A stretch of DNA of 32,846 nt from an uncultured Acidimicrobiia bacterium. GTDB lineage: Bacteria; Actinomycetota; Acidimicrobiia; Spongiisociales; UBA5794. Every line of letters starts with the position of its first letter. The stretch's first letter is position 1. The notes beneath the pieces were generated by a model, which had not been told where the DNA came from, did not search any database, and saw only the letters and a program-made list of their open reading frames with translations. Made by a program: the position numbers and the translations under genes. Shown here piece by piece: positions 32,723-32,846 of the stretch. The DNA lies in the NCBI GenBank assembly GCA_913031525.1, contig CAJWGC010000001.1, forward strand, positions 1-32,846, read 5' to 3'.

Positions 32723-32846
32723 CTTCTTTGCCCACAAGAGAAGACGCCGCTTACAGCATAAAAAAGGAATCTCTCGGATACGCTCTCAGCGCTTAAGTGT
32801 CTCCAGGGAACAAAATCGATTTCAAACTGTTGCGCGCCCTCACTTC

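Overview
This is a 32.8-kb chromosomal segment with moderate GC (roughly 50-55% by eye), densely coding on both strands. All functional calls come from reading motifs in the supplied translations and folding RNAs by eye; no searches were run.

Gene order points to an actinobacterial (Actinomycetota) chromosome. The neighbourhood tRNA-Leu / fhaA-fhaB-pstP-rodA-pbpA-pknB / trpG / crgA / tRNA-Ala / tRNA-Ile, which lies near oriC in Mycobacterium, occupies 20.0-32.7 kb.

Upstream of that neighbourhood there are four blocks:
- (a) 1-10.5 kb: an enzyme-only accessory metabolic block. It holds a 5'-truncated E1 alpha, E1 beta, a free-standing 77-aa lipoyl-domain protein, an ALS-like ThDP enzyme, a D-2-hydroxyacid dehydrogenase, an amidohydrolase, a GMC oxidoreductase, a PLP dehydratase, a phosphotriesterase-like hydrolase and a MaoC hydratase.
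- (b) 10.7-14.3 kb: a FecBCD/HmuTUV-type ABC importer, preceded by a lipoprotein gene carrying six near-perfect 18-bp tandem repeats.
- (c) 14.6-16.6 kb: an RNA-gene island with tRNA-Arg(ACG), tadA, all four tRNA-Ser isoacceptors and a long GC-rich SRP RNA.
- (d) 16.6-20.0 kb: a minus-strand operon of a membrane CARDB-like protein, a DUF4446-like protein, serS and a UbiE/MenG-like methyltransferase.

In total I count 8 tRNAs, 1 SRP RNA and about 32 CDSs. I found no rRNA, CRISPR array, transposase, integrase, or recognisable defence or toxin-antitoxin system.

The best candidate for undescribed biology is the E1alpha/beta + orphan lipoyl carrier + second ThDP enzyme operon, which lacks an E2 catalytic core and an E3, together with the unassignable enzyme island around it. 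Secondary points of interest:
- an apparently Alu-domain-type (long) SRP RNA in an actinobacterial context
- a complete tRNA-Ser set next to serS, and the TadA substrate tRNA next to tadA
- a single PknB carrying six PASTA repeats
- tRNA genes abutting mRNA start codons
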